From Stellaceae bacterium (lineage in GTDB: Bacteria; Pseudomonadota; Alphaproteobacteria; ATCC43930; CGMCC-115725), in contig JBOHLV010000102.1 in NCBI GenBank assembly GCA_050729815.1, positions 12,772-76,771 of the forward strand: 64,000 nt of DNA, read 5' to 3'. Position numbers and translations under genes: made by a program. The notes under the pieces are model-generated. The model worked only from the letters and a program-made list of their open reading frames with translations. It was not told where the DNA came from and did no database searches. This document shows positions 9,869-18,354 of this stretch, piece after piece. Positions within the stretch are counted from its first letter, which is position 1. Each line of letters begins with the position of its first letter.

Positions 9869-9873
9869 CCCGG

Positions 9874-10356
9874 TCAGACGAACAACTGAAGGCTGGGAAA
9901 CGCCGCATCGCAATTGACGAGATCGACCCGCTTCAACCGGATTTTGAGCGCGCCGTCGATGACGGTGAGATGGTGCGTCGCCCAGGCGGCGAGCAGCATC
10001 TGATCGTCGCCTCGTGTCTCGACGTAATGGAGCGGCGTCCAGGTGACATAGAGGTTTGCCGCGTCGTCGCGCCGCTCGACCAGCGGCGTCTGCAACAGAT
10101 GGTGCGAGCGGCTCGGCGGCTTCTGGCTGAACGTGCGGTCGCTCTTGAGGCGCTCGACCCGAATTCGAAGCAGCAGCTTGTCCTCATACATAAGCGAGGC
10201 GACGAGCCGCGGGTCGGTCTGACCCCATTCGAGCGGCATCCAGTAATGGCTGTCCTCGGCGAAGAGGTCGAGCCACTCGTCGAATTGCCGCCGGTCGAGG
10301 AAGCGCGATTCGCCGATGACGAACTGGATGAGGTCGGAATCGCTCGGCGCGGTCAC
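9874..10356 (-). CDS. aromatic ring-hydroxylating oxygenase beta (small) subunit
   Basis: 160 aa, SnoaL-like. FLDRRQFDEWLDLFAEDSHYWMP is typical of Rieske oxygenase beta subunits. There is a 4-nt overlap with the alpha subunit stop. Confidence 0.8.
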   Translation of the reverse strand: MTAPSDSDLIQFVIGESRFLDRRQFDEWLDLFAEDSHYWMPLEWGQTDPRLVASLMYEDKLLLRIRVERLKSDRTFSQKPPSRSHHLLQTPLVERRDDAANLYVTWTPLHYVETRGDDQMLLAAWATHHLTVIDGALKIRLKRVDLVNCDAAFPSLQLFV

Positions 10357-11666
10357 GGGCTCACATTCATGAATTTGAGCCAGGCGCGGAACTGGTTGCG
10401 CATCTGCGCCTCCGAGGTGCCATCGACGACGACATCGTGCCGCGCGTCTTCCCCGGCCTCATAGCGGCGGTCGAGATTGACCCATTCATTGCCACCGGAA
10501 AGAAGGCCGCGCTGCGCCCGCTCATACATTTCAAGATCGTCATGCCCGACGACCGAGGTCGGCGCATTGACGAGGCGATTGTACATGAGCGTCCGTTCGA
10601 GCAGCAGGTCGGGCGCATCGACGAGGCGGAAGGTCCAGGATTCGACAAGCGTCCGGTCGGGCGCCAGCGGCTTGAAGAGCCGCAAGAGCTGGATCGGCCC
10701 CTTGATCATCAGGTTCGGGAAATAGATGGTGTTATGGCGCGCCTCGTCCATGATCGCCCTGGCGCGGTTGTCGCCATAGGCGGCCGTCATCTTCTCGAAA
10801 TAGCCAGGCACGGCCGAATAATCGGAATGGATCGAATGGCTGACGCCGGTGTGGCCATGGCCGTTCTTCCAGACGCGGATGCCCATGGTCTCGAAGAACT
10901 CATAGGAACTCATGAAGGGGGCATAGATTTCAACCGCCATCGGCTTTGGCGTGCCGGGCGGCGCTTTCTGCCAGACCTCGACCGCTTTTCCGGCCGAGGA
11001 TTCATGGACGATCATCGGATGGCATGTATCGGTCTGGTTCTCGACCAGCATCTTCCAATTAGAGCGATGCACATAGCGCAAGACGCCGCCCGCGACCTTG
11101 AGCCGGCCGACCGGCGAGCGGTCGATCATGTTGTCGAAACTGGAAAGGGACGGTCCGAAAAAGTCGTCGAAGGAGATGCCTTCGGGGTTGAGCCGGGCGA
11201 AGACGAAGCCGCGATAATTTTGGACCAAACCGACCGAAACGAGTCCCGCGGCGGCATGAGTGTGGGACAAATCGGTCCCGTCATAGCCCTTCTTCAAGGG
11301 CACGGCGAGCAGGCTGCCGTCGGTGCGATAGCACCAGGCGTGATAGGGGCAGCGAAAGAACTTGCCGGTGTTGCCCGTGATGTCGGTGACGATCTGCGTG
11401 CCCTTATGGGCGCAACGGTTGTAGAGCACACGGATGCTGCCGTCGGTGTGGCGCACCATGATGACGGACTCGCGGCCGATCGTGGTCGTGAAGTAATCGC
11501 CGGAATTCGGCACCTGGCTCTCATGTCCGACATAGACCCAGGTGGTGGCGAAAAGCTGCTCCATCTCGAGATCGAAAATCTCGGGATCGGTATAGAGATC
11601 GCGATGCACTTCGCGCTCCCGCACCAGCGCCGCGATGGCATCGGGATGGCCACGGTATCGGGTCAC
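10353..11666 (-). CDS. Rieske [2Fe-2S] ring-hydroxylating oxygenase alpha subunit
   Basis: Rieske motif CAHKGTQ...CPYHAW and mononuclear iron motif DTCHPMIVH. Start set at GTG 11666, which forms a GTGA overlap with the iorB-like stop. Confidence 0.85.
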   Translation of the reverse strand: MTRYRGHPDAIAALVREREVHRDLYTDPEIFDLEMEQLFATTWVYVGHESQVPNSGDYFTTTIGRESVIMVRHTDGSIRVLYNRCAHKGTQIVTDITGNTGKFFRCPYHAWCYRTDGSLLAVPLKKGYDGTDLSHTHAAAGLVSVGLVQNYRGFVFARLNPEGISFDDFFGPSLSSFDNMIDRSPVGRLKVAGGVLRYVHRSNWKMLVENQTDTCHPMIVHESSAGKAVEVWQKAPPGTPKPMAVEIYAPFMSSYEFFETMGIRVWKNGHGHTGVSHSIHSDYSAVPGYFEKMTAAYGDNRARAIMDEARHNTIYFPNLMIKGPIQLLRLFKPLAPDRTLVESWTFRLVDAPDLLLERTLMYNRLVNAPTSVVGHDDLEMYERAQRGLLSGGNEWVNLDRRYEAGEDARHDVVVDGTSEAQMRNQFRAWLKFMNVSP

Positions 11667-13198
11667 AGGAAGCTCTCGATCGTCTGAACGGCGCCGTCCA
11701 GCGCGATGCCATCGGCATCGGCGAGCGCCGCCTCGCGCAGGCGCCGCACCCAATCCGCGGCGTCGGCACGCCCGTCGAGCCGCCGCGCCATCGCCATCAC
11801 GGTGGCGAATTTGGTCGCGCCGCTGGCATGGGTGTCGGAATAGCCTTTGACGAGGCGGTGCAGTTCAAGGATTTCGATCGCGAGGGCGCGGTCGTGTCCG
11901 GCGGCGTCACGCGCCGCGGCGAGCCAGGCGTCGCGATGCGCCAATTCACGCCTATGACGCAGCGTCCAGCGGCGATAGCCCCGCATCCCGGCAAGAAGGT
12001 AGAGGACGAGATACCAATGCAGCTTTCCCGTCTCGACCCGGCGGCCATGATTGACGAGACGTTCGAGCGCCCGGTAGAGCCAGGGCAGGCGTTCGATCGC
12101 GCGGCCGATGAATGCCGGCATCAAGCCGCAGATCTCCGCCATGCCGGGGTGCATGTATTCGGTGGTATAGACGATCTGGTCGCTGCGCAGGCCGACCTCG
12201 CGCGCGACCCGGTCGAAGCGGCTCGCGCGGGTCTTCAAATCGGCGACGCGGATGACATCGTCATAGGCCATGGCGCGGGCGATGTTCTTTGCCGCGGCGC
12301 GGATCAGGGCATGGTCAGGGTCAGCGTCGAGCACGGCGAACGGCTCGACGAGATCGAGATAGTCGGCGCCATAGGCGACATCCTGAAAATCGACGACGCG
12401 GCGAAGCCCCGCCGCGACCACGCCATGGACAGGCTCGGGCAATTTCCGCGCCCGATCGACAAGCGCATCGAATCGCGCATCGCCGACCGGCTCAAGCGCG
12501 GGATAAAGCTTGCTGTCGGCCGGGTCCGGCGGCGGTACCGGCGCGGTATCGCCCACCGCGTCGCAGCCTTGGGCAAAGGCGCGCAGGCTGGCCGTGACGC
12601 CGACCCCGCCGGCGCGGATCGTGTCTTCGAAATCGGCGCGCGAAAACGGCAAGGCGCCTGACCCGGCGAGGGCGCCGAACAGCACCGCCGAGATATGGCT
12701 CTCGCTCGCCTCGGCGATCGCCGCCATGTCGAAGGCGATGAAGCGTTTCGCCGCCCGCTCCGCCGCGGCATAGACATCGCGTGCCGCGCCGGCGCCGTCA
12801 CCCGGCACGATCTTTTCGGCGACGGCATAGGCGCGGTGCGATGACGCGATGAGGGTCGTGCGGTCGGGCGTGACGAGGCCGCGCGTGATCGCCCGTCCGG
12901 CCTCCATCAGTTCGGCGCCGATGACGATATCGACTTCGCCCGGCGCCGGCATCAGCGACAGCACCGGCCGCCGCGCCGAGCCGTCCGGTTCCAAGGCCTC
13001 GACATAATAGAGCGTGGCGCCGGTGCGCTGCGCCACGCCGGGCACCGAGGTCGATTGCGCGAGATAGGTATGGCGCTCGAACAGCGCCAAGAGCCAGTCG
13101 ACCAGCACGCCGCCGCCTTGTCCGCCCATCGCCAGCACCGCGATGGCGAGCGGCCGGCGGGTATCGAGGTGGGTTTCGGCCTGGGTCAGCGTGTCCAT
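11663..13198 (-). CDS. indolepyruvate/2-oxoacid:ferredoxin oxidoreductase, beta-like subunit (long form)
   Basis: 511 aa. The N-terminus AIAVLAMGGQGGGVLVDWL...STSVPGVAQRTGATLYYVE is typical of IorB-family proteins. Confidence 0.8.
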   Translation of the reverse strand: MDTLTQAETHLDTRRPLAIAVLAMGGQGGGVLVDWLLALFERHTYLAQSTSVPGVAQRTGATLYYVEALEPDGSARRPVLSLMPAPGEVDIVIGAELMEAGRAITRGLVTPDRTTLIASSHRAYAVAEKIVPGDGAGAARDVYAAAERAAKRFIAFDMAAIAEASESHISAVLFGALAGSGALPFSRADFEDTIRAGGVGVTASLRAFAQGCDAVGDTAPVPPPDPADSKLYPALEPVGDARFDALVDRARKLPEPVHGVVAAGLRRVVDFQDVAYGADYLDLVEPFAVLDADPDHALIRAAAKNIARAMAYDDVIRVADLKTRASRFDRVAREVGLRSDQIVYTTEYMHPGMAEICGLMPAFIGRAIERLPWLYRALERLVNHGRRVETGKLHWYLVLYLLAGMRGYRRWTLRHRRELAHRDAWLAAARDAAGHDRALAIEILELHRLVKGYSDTHASGATKFATVMAMARRLDGRADAADWVRRLREAALADADGIALDGAVQTIESFL

Positions 13199-13201
13199 GA
13201 G

Positions 13202-15352
13202 TCAGGCGAAGGAGATCCTGCGCCGCTCCCGGCGGCGCTGGAGCGCGGCGATCATTCGGGTCCGATACCGCGCCATAACGCGATCGAGCCGGCTCGGATT
13301 GTGGATAATGTCGGCGCGATAGAAGGAGGGGCAGAGCGCCGCCGCCTCCGCCACCTCGCCGCAATTGCCGCAGCCGACGCAAGATTGGTCGATCGCCGCC
13401 ACCGGCTCGTCCTTCAAGGGGTCGCTCGTGTGCTTTACCGACAGCGACGGGCAGCCCGACAAGCGGATGCAGGCATGGTCGCCGGTACAGACATCCTCAT
13501 CGACGCCGAAGCGCTGGCGCACCATGCGCTTGCCCTCTTTTACCGCCTTCTGGAACAACGGCTTCACCCGGCGCTGCTTGTTGAGCATACATTCCGAGGA
13601 GGCGACGATCACCTTCGGCCCGTCGCTCTTGTCGGTCAGCGCCTTCTTCAAGGTGTCGCGCATCTTCGCAACATCATAGGTGCGATCGATCTGGCGCACC
13701 CATTTGGCGCCGACGCCTTGGACCGCCTTCGCGATCGGGTGGAGGGTCGAGCGCGACCGGTTGGCCGCGCGGGACGACGGGATGTCCTGCCCGCCGGTCG
13801 CCGCCGAATAGAAATTGTCGACGACGAGCACGACGCCGTCATTCTTGTTGAAGACGGCATTGCCGATGCCGGAGGTAAGGCCGTTATGCCAGAAGCCGCC
13901 ATCGCCCATCATTGCGATCGCGCGCTTGCCCTCTTTCACATTGAAGGCGGAGGCGGAAGCGGGGCCGAGGCCATAGCCCATCGTCGTCGCGCCGATATTG
14001 AAGGGCGGCAGGATGGAGAACAGATGACAGCCGATATCGGCGGCGATGTGATGGGGGCCGAGTTCGCGCTCGACCAGCTTCATTGCGGCGAAGATCGGCC
14101 GCTCCGGGCAGCCGATGCAGAATCCCGGCGGCCGTGCCGGCACCGCTTTTGCCAAGGCCTTGCGATGCGCGTCATCGAGCGCGGGCGGCGCGTTGGGCGC
14201 GCGGATCGCCGGTGCCAGCGCGTCCGCGGCAAAGCGCCGGGCGAAGGCGCCAACGCCCGACGCCATCACCGCGGCGGTATATTCCCCCGCCATCGGCAGC
14301 ATGCCCTTGCCGAAGATTTGAGTCTGCAAATCGGCCCGGCGCAGGATCTTGTGCAGCGCCTCTTCGATGAAATCGGGCTGACCTTCCTCGACCATCAGCA
14401 CCGCCTTCTTGCCGGCGCAGAATTCCGCCACCTCCTCCGGCACCAGGGGATAGGTGACGTTGAGGACATAGAGCGGCACGCGGCTCGCGCCCCAGATATC
14501 GGCAAGACCCAAACCCTGAAGCGCGCGCAGCACGCCGTTATACATGCCGCCTTGGAGGATGATGCCGATCTCGGACAGATCGCCCGGCACGATCTCGTTG
14601 AGCCGGTGCTCCTTGATGAATTTGACCGCGGCGGGCCAGCGTTGCTCGACCTTCTCCTGCTCATGAAGGTAGGAGGCGGGCGGCAGCACGACGCGGTTGG
14701 TGTCGCGCCGCGGCGCGGCGAGCGCGTCCTTCACCGTGAATGAGGGCGGCCGGTTGTTTTTGGCGGGAAAGCTGCCGGTGACGTGGCAGGCGCGGATACG
14801 CACCTCCAGCATGACCGGCGTGTGGGAGGCCTCCGACAGTTCGAACCCCGCCTCGACCGCGCGCACGATGCTGGGCAGATCGGGCTTCGGGTCGAGCAGC
14901 CAGATCTGCGACTTCATCGCGAAGGCATGGCTGCGCTCCTGCATGATCGAGGAGCCTTCGCCGTAATCCTCGCCGATGATGACGAGGGCGCCGCCGGTGA
15001 CGCCGCCCGAGGCGAGATTGGCGAGCGCGTCCGCCGCGACATTGATGCCGACCGGCGCCTTGAAGGTGACGGCGCCGCGGATCGGATAATTGACCGAGGC
15101 GGCGAGGGTCGCCGCGGCCGCGGCTTCGTTGGCGCTGGTCTCGAAATGAACGCCGAGCTCGGCCAGGATGTCCTGCGCGTCGGCAAGCACGTCCATCAGA
15201 TGCGAGATCGGCGCGCCCTGATAGCCGGCGACATAGCCGACCCCGGATTGCAGAAGTGCCTTGGTGATCGCGAGAATGCCCTCGCCACGGAATTCCGCGC
15301 CGTCGCCGAGCCGTAAATCCTGTACTTCCCGCGCGAAGGATCGCTCCGCCAT
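13202..15352 (-). CDS. indolepyruvate/2-oxoacid:ferredoxin oxidoreductase, alpha-like (TPP and 4Fe-4S) subunit
   Basis: 716 aa with TPP motif GDGGFWHNG and ferredoxin-type cluster CVGCGNCGEVAEAAALCP. It is the first gene of the long minus-strand operon. Confidence 0.85.
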   Translation of the reverse strand: MAERSFAREVQDLRLGDGAEFRGEGILAITKALLQSGVGYVAGYQGAPISHLMDVLADAQDILAELGVHFETSANEAAAAATLAASVNYPIRGAVTFKAPVGINVAADALANLASGGVTGGALVIIGEDYGEGSSIMQERSHAFAMKSQIWLLDPKPDLPSIVRAVEAGFELSEASHTPVMLEVRIRACHVTGSFPAKNNRPPSFTVKDALAAPRRDTNRVVLPPASYLHEQEKVEQRWPAAVKFIKEHRLNEIVPGDLSEIGIILQGGMYNGVLRALQGLGLADIWGASRVPLYVLNVTYPLVPEEVAEFCAGKKAVLMVEEGQPDFIEEALHKILRRADLQTQIFGKGMLPMAGEYTAAVMASGVGAFARRFAADALAPAIRAPNAPPALDDAHRKALAKAVPARPPGFCIGCPERPIFAAMKLVERELGPHHIAADIGCHLFSILPPFNIGATTMGYGLGPASASAFNVKEGKRAIAMMGDGGFWHNGLTSGIGNAVFNKNDGVVLVVDNFYSAATGGQDIPSSRAANRSRSTLHPIAKAVQGVGAKWVRQIDRTYDVAKMRDTLKKALTDKSDGPKVIVASSECMLNKQRRVKPLFQKAVKEGKRMVRQRFGVDEDVCTGDHACIRLSGCPSLSVKHTSDPLKDEPVAAIDQSCVGCGNCGEVAEAAALCPSFYRADIIHNPSRLDRVMARYRTRMIAALQRRRERRRISFA

Positions 15353-15386
15353 GCCTCAGCTCTCCGCCGCCCCTATCGCGCGAGAT

Positions 15387-15415
15387 AGTTAAGGTCTAAA
15401 GCGATTCGCTGTCAA
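15387..15415 (-). promoter_or_regulatory. candidate sigma70-type promoter of the iorA-led operon (TTGACA-17 nt-TTAACT)
   Basis: Read on the minus strand, it lies about 30 nt upstream of the iorA-like ATG. The spacer contains the small palindrome AGCGAaTCGCT. Motif match by eye only. Confidence 0.3.
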
Positions 15416-15462
15416 TCAAGAGAGGGCGGCAAGATAAGGACGGGGCGCACCCACCCGCGTCA

Positions 15463-15491
15463 AACCGCCATCCTTGACTCGGGCTTTGGCA
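15463..15491 (+). promoter_or_regulatory. candidate sigma70-type promoter (TTGACT-17 nt-TTAGAT) for the divergent racemase-family gene
   Basis: Located about 45 nt upstream of ATG 15536 in an AT-richer patch. By eye only. Confidence 0.25.
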
Positions 15492-15535
15492 AAATTTTAG
15501 ATTTGAAATAACCCGGCGCGGGGTGGGGCGGACCG

Positions 15536-16324
15536 ATGCGGATTTTGTGGCAGAGTTTTATCGATCCGGCGGGGAACGCCGCCTATTTCGAGCGCCTCAA
15601 CGCCTACCTTAACGACATTGCGGCGCCGGACATGACGATCGATACCGTGGGGATGTCGCCACCCGACCGCGATTTTGGACGCTTGAGCGAATTTCGCTGC
15701 GCGATTCTGGCGGTGGACAATGCCATCGGTGCCGAGAAGGACGGCTATGACGCGTTCGTTCTCGGCCATTTCCAGGACCCGGGTCTTTATGAGGTGCGCG
15801 CGGCGGTGCATATGCCGGTCATCGGTACCGGCGAGGCCTCGCTCTTCGCCGCGGCGCAACTCGGCCGCCGCATCGGCCTCGTCTCGATCGATCCGGTATT
15901 CGAGGTCTGGCATCTGGAACAGGCCGAGCGCTATGGCCTTGGCGGCCGCGTCGTCGGGGTCTCCGGACTCGGCGCGGTGCCGGCGGATTTCGCTGCGGCC
16001 TTCGGCGGTGACGATGCGGCCTATAGGCGGATGCGGGCCTGGTTCATCGATTGCGCCCGGCCGCTTATCGACAAAGGCGCTGATGTCGTGATCCCTGCGG
16101 GGGTGCTGCCGGGCCTGCTTTTGGCGCGCGAGCGCGGGTTCAAGATCGGCCATGCGCCGGTCGTCAATTGCGCCGCGGTCGCACTCAAGGCCGCCGAGAT
16201 GTGGGTGGCGCTCCATCGCCTCGACGGGATCGAGCCGAGCCGCGGTCCGAGCTTCGCGCTGGCACCCCCGCGCGCGGTCGCGGATTTCCGGCAACTGGTG
16301 GCAGAGGGCCGCCGCGATGGTTGA
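15536..16324 (+). CDS. Asp/Glu/hydantoin racemase-family protein
   Basis: 262 aa. The overall pattern (DAFVLGHFQDPGL ... PVIGTGEASL ... ADVVIPAG) resembles hydantoin racemase / maleate isomerase-family proteins. Activity unknown. Confidence 0.6.
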   Translation: MRILWQSFIDPAGNAAYFERLNAYLNDIAAPDMTIDTVGMSPPDRDFGRLSEFRCAILAVDNAIGAEKDGYDAFVLGHFQDPGLYEVRAAVHMPVIGTGEASLFAAAQLGRRIGLVSIDPVFEVWHLEQAERYGLGGRVVGVSGLGAVPADFAAAFGGDDAAYRRMRAWFIDCARPLIDKGADVVIPAGVLPGLLLARERGFKIGHAPVVNCAAVALKAAEMWVALHRLDGIEPSRGPSFALAPPRAVADFRQLVAEGRRDG

Positions 16325-16325
16325 T

Positions 16326-17132
16326 TCAATAGCGGCAAGCGGCGAGGAAATCGCGCACCGCGGCGGTGAATGCCGCCGGCATCTGGTCGGGCAGCGGCAC
16401 CATGCCGTCTTCGATCTCGATGAGCGTGCTGCCGGCGATCGCGGCGGCGACGTTCCGCGCATTGGGATAGGCATGGGGATCGGCGGTCGGCGCGATCACC
16501 AGGGTCGGGCAGGAAATGAGCGGCAAGCGCCGGTCGATGGCATAGCGGGCGACGGCACGATGCCCCTCGGCGGCACGCGGCCCGGCTTTCAAGGCATCGA
16601 GGATGAAGCGCTCGAGCAGGTCGATCCGCCCCGGCGGATAAAACGCCTGGCGCAGCGCCCACAGCTCCATGAGGTGCCGGCCGTCGCCGCGCGACACGGC
16701 GTCGTCGATAGTGTGGCCCGCTGGCGCCGCCGCGCGCCGGGCGGCATCATTGTAAGGGCAGGCGGAGAGGATGAGGGCAGCGACACGGTCGGGACAGGCG
16801 GCGGCGAGTTCGGCCGCGATGGCGGCGCCGGTGTGATGGCCGACCACGGCCGCCCGCGCGATGCCAAGTGCGTCGAGGAGCTGCCGCGCCGCGTCCGCCC
16901 AGGCTTCGATCGAAGCCTCGCCCTCCGCCAGCGGATCCGAATCGCCATAGCCCGCGGTATCCATGGCGATCGCGCAATAGTGCTCGCCGAGCAGCGGCAG
17001 TACCTCGCGAAACTCATCCCAGGAGCGCGGGGTCTGGTGCAACAGCAACACCGGCGCGCCGGTGCCGCAGAGGGCGATGTGGATCCGGGCCGAGGCAACG
17101 GAGATGAAGGAACGCTCGACCGCCAGTGTCAT
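16326..17132 (-). CDS. alpha/beta-fold hydrolase-family protein with non-canonical nucleophile elbow
   Basis: 268 aa. PVLLLHQTPRSWDEF and VVGHHTGAAIAAELA align by eye with the HGxP and GHDxG regions of the epoxide-hydrolase/haloacid-dehalogenase-type alpha/beta fold. Confidence 0.75.
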   Translation of the reverse strand: MTLAVERSFISVASARIHIALCGTGAPVLLLHQTPRSWDEFREVLPLLGEHYCAIAMDTAGYGDSDPLAEGEASIEAWADAARQLLDALGIARAAVVGHHTGAAIAAELAAACPDRVAALILSACPYNDAARRAAAPAGHTIDDAVSRGDGRHLMELWALRQAFYPPGRIDLLERFILDALKAGPRAAEGHRAVARYAIDRRLPLISCPTLVIAPTADPHAYPNARNVAAAIAGSTLIEIEDGMVPLPDQMPAAFTAAVRDFLAACRY

Positions 17133-17181
17133 TTCGTTTCGGTACTACGCATAACGACAGGCAACAAGTAGGGAGTGGACA

Positions 17182-18330
17182 ATGAGACATCATCTCTTTC
17201 GCGCGGCAATCATGGTGGCGGGCGTCGTGCTCGTCGCCGGAACTGCCCGGGCCCACATCACCGTCGGCTTCGTCACGTCGCTCTCCGGATCGGGGGCATC
17301 GATCGGCGTGCCTTACAGTAAGGGCATGGACGCGGCCTATGAATATGCGAGCAGCGTCGACGGCCAGAAGATCAAGCTGATCCGGCTCGATGACGGCACC
17401 GATCCGTCGGCGGCGGCGCGCGACGCGCGCAAGCTGATCGAGCAGGATAAGGTCGACATTCTGATCGGCACCGCGACGACGCCCTCGGCCAGCGCGATGA
17501 TGGCGGTCGCCAACCAGCTTCACGTGCCGATGATCTCGCTGTCCCCGTTGAAGCCGACGCCCGGCGATACGTGGGGCATTTCCATCGTGCAACCGCCGCC
17601 GCTGATGATCAGCGTCCCCGTCGCCCGCATTGTCCGCGACGGCATCAAGCGCGTTGGCTTCATCGGCTTTTCCGACGCCTGGGGCGATCTCGTCTATCAC
17701 GGCGTCAAGACCGCGGCCGATGCCGGCAAGATCAAGCTGGTTGCCGCCGAACGCTATTCCCGCACCGACACGTCCGTCACCGGCCAGGCGTTGCGGATCT
17801 TCTCCGCCCATCCCGGCGCGGTGATGATCGGCGGTTCCGGGACGCAGGCGGCGCTGCCGATCCTGGCGCTGGCCCAGCTCGGCTATAAGGGTAAGTTCTT
17901 CGGCACCCCGGCGCTGCTGAATTCCAGCTTCATTCGCGTCGGTGGCAAGGCGGCCGAGGGCGTCGTCGTCTCGGCGGGGCCGGTCATCGTGGCGAACCAA
18001 TTGCCGAACGGCTTCTATGCCAAGAAGATCTCGCTCGCCTTCTTCGCCGCCTACAAGAAGGCGACCGGACAGGTCAGCACCAACGCGTTCTCGCCCTATA
18101 CCTTCGATACCTGGCTGATCTTCCTCGACGCGGCGAAGCGCGCCCTTGTCCATGCCAAACCCGGCACTGCCGCGTTCCGGATCGCCTTGAAGAACGCGAT
18201 CTTCTCGACGAAGGATCTGAAGGGGACCAACGGCATCTATAACTGCCATCCGGGCAAGACCTATTGTTCCGATCAGCGCGGCCTCGTGTTGGTGAAGCTG
18301 GTGAACGGCAAGTGGCAATACGCGCCGTGA
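17182..18330 (+). CDS. ABC transporter substrate-binding protein (LivK/branched-chain amino acid type)
   Basis: 382 aa with signal peptide MRHHLFRAAIMVAGVVLVAGTARA. ITVGFVTSLSGSGASIG is typical of type-I periplasmic binding proteins. GGGAG RBS upstream. Confidence 0.85.
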   Translation: MRHHLFRAAIMVAGVVLVAGTARAHITVGFVTSLSGSGASIGVPYSKGMDAAYEYASSVDGQKIKLIRLDDGTDPSAAARDARKLIEQDKVDILIGTATTPSASAMMAVANQLHVPMISLSPLKPTPGDTWGISIVQPPPLMISVPVARIVRDGIKRVGFIGFSDAWGDLVYHGVKTAADAGKIKLVAAERYSRTDTSVTGQALRIFSAHPGAVMIGGSGTQAALPILALAQLGYKGKFFGTPALLNSSFIRVGGKAAEGVVVSAGPVIVANQLPNGFYAKKISLAFFAAYKKATGQVSTNAFSPYTFDTWLIFLDAAKRALVHAKPGTAAFRIALKNAIFSTKDLKGTNGIYNCHPGKTYCSDQRGLVLVKLVNGKWQYAP

Positions 18331-18354
18331 TCCGTTGAGGCGAAGGCCGGCCCG

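Noticed and set aside
17014-18318. 434-aa minus-strand ORF opposite the substrate-binding protein gene. A similar 364-aa ORF lies at 47956-49050.
   Set aside because: Both are antisense to genes with a signal peptide or methyltransferase motifs and good RBSs. Their composition is low-complexity and Arg/Gly/Asp-rich.
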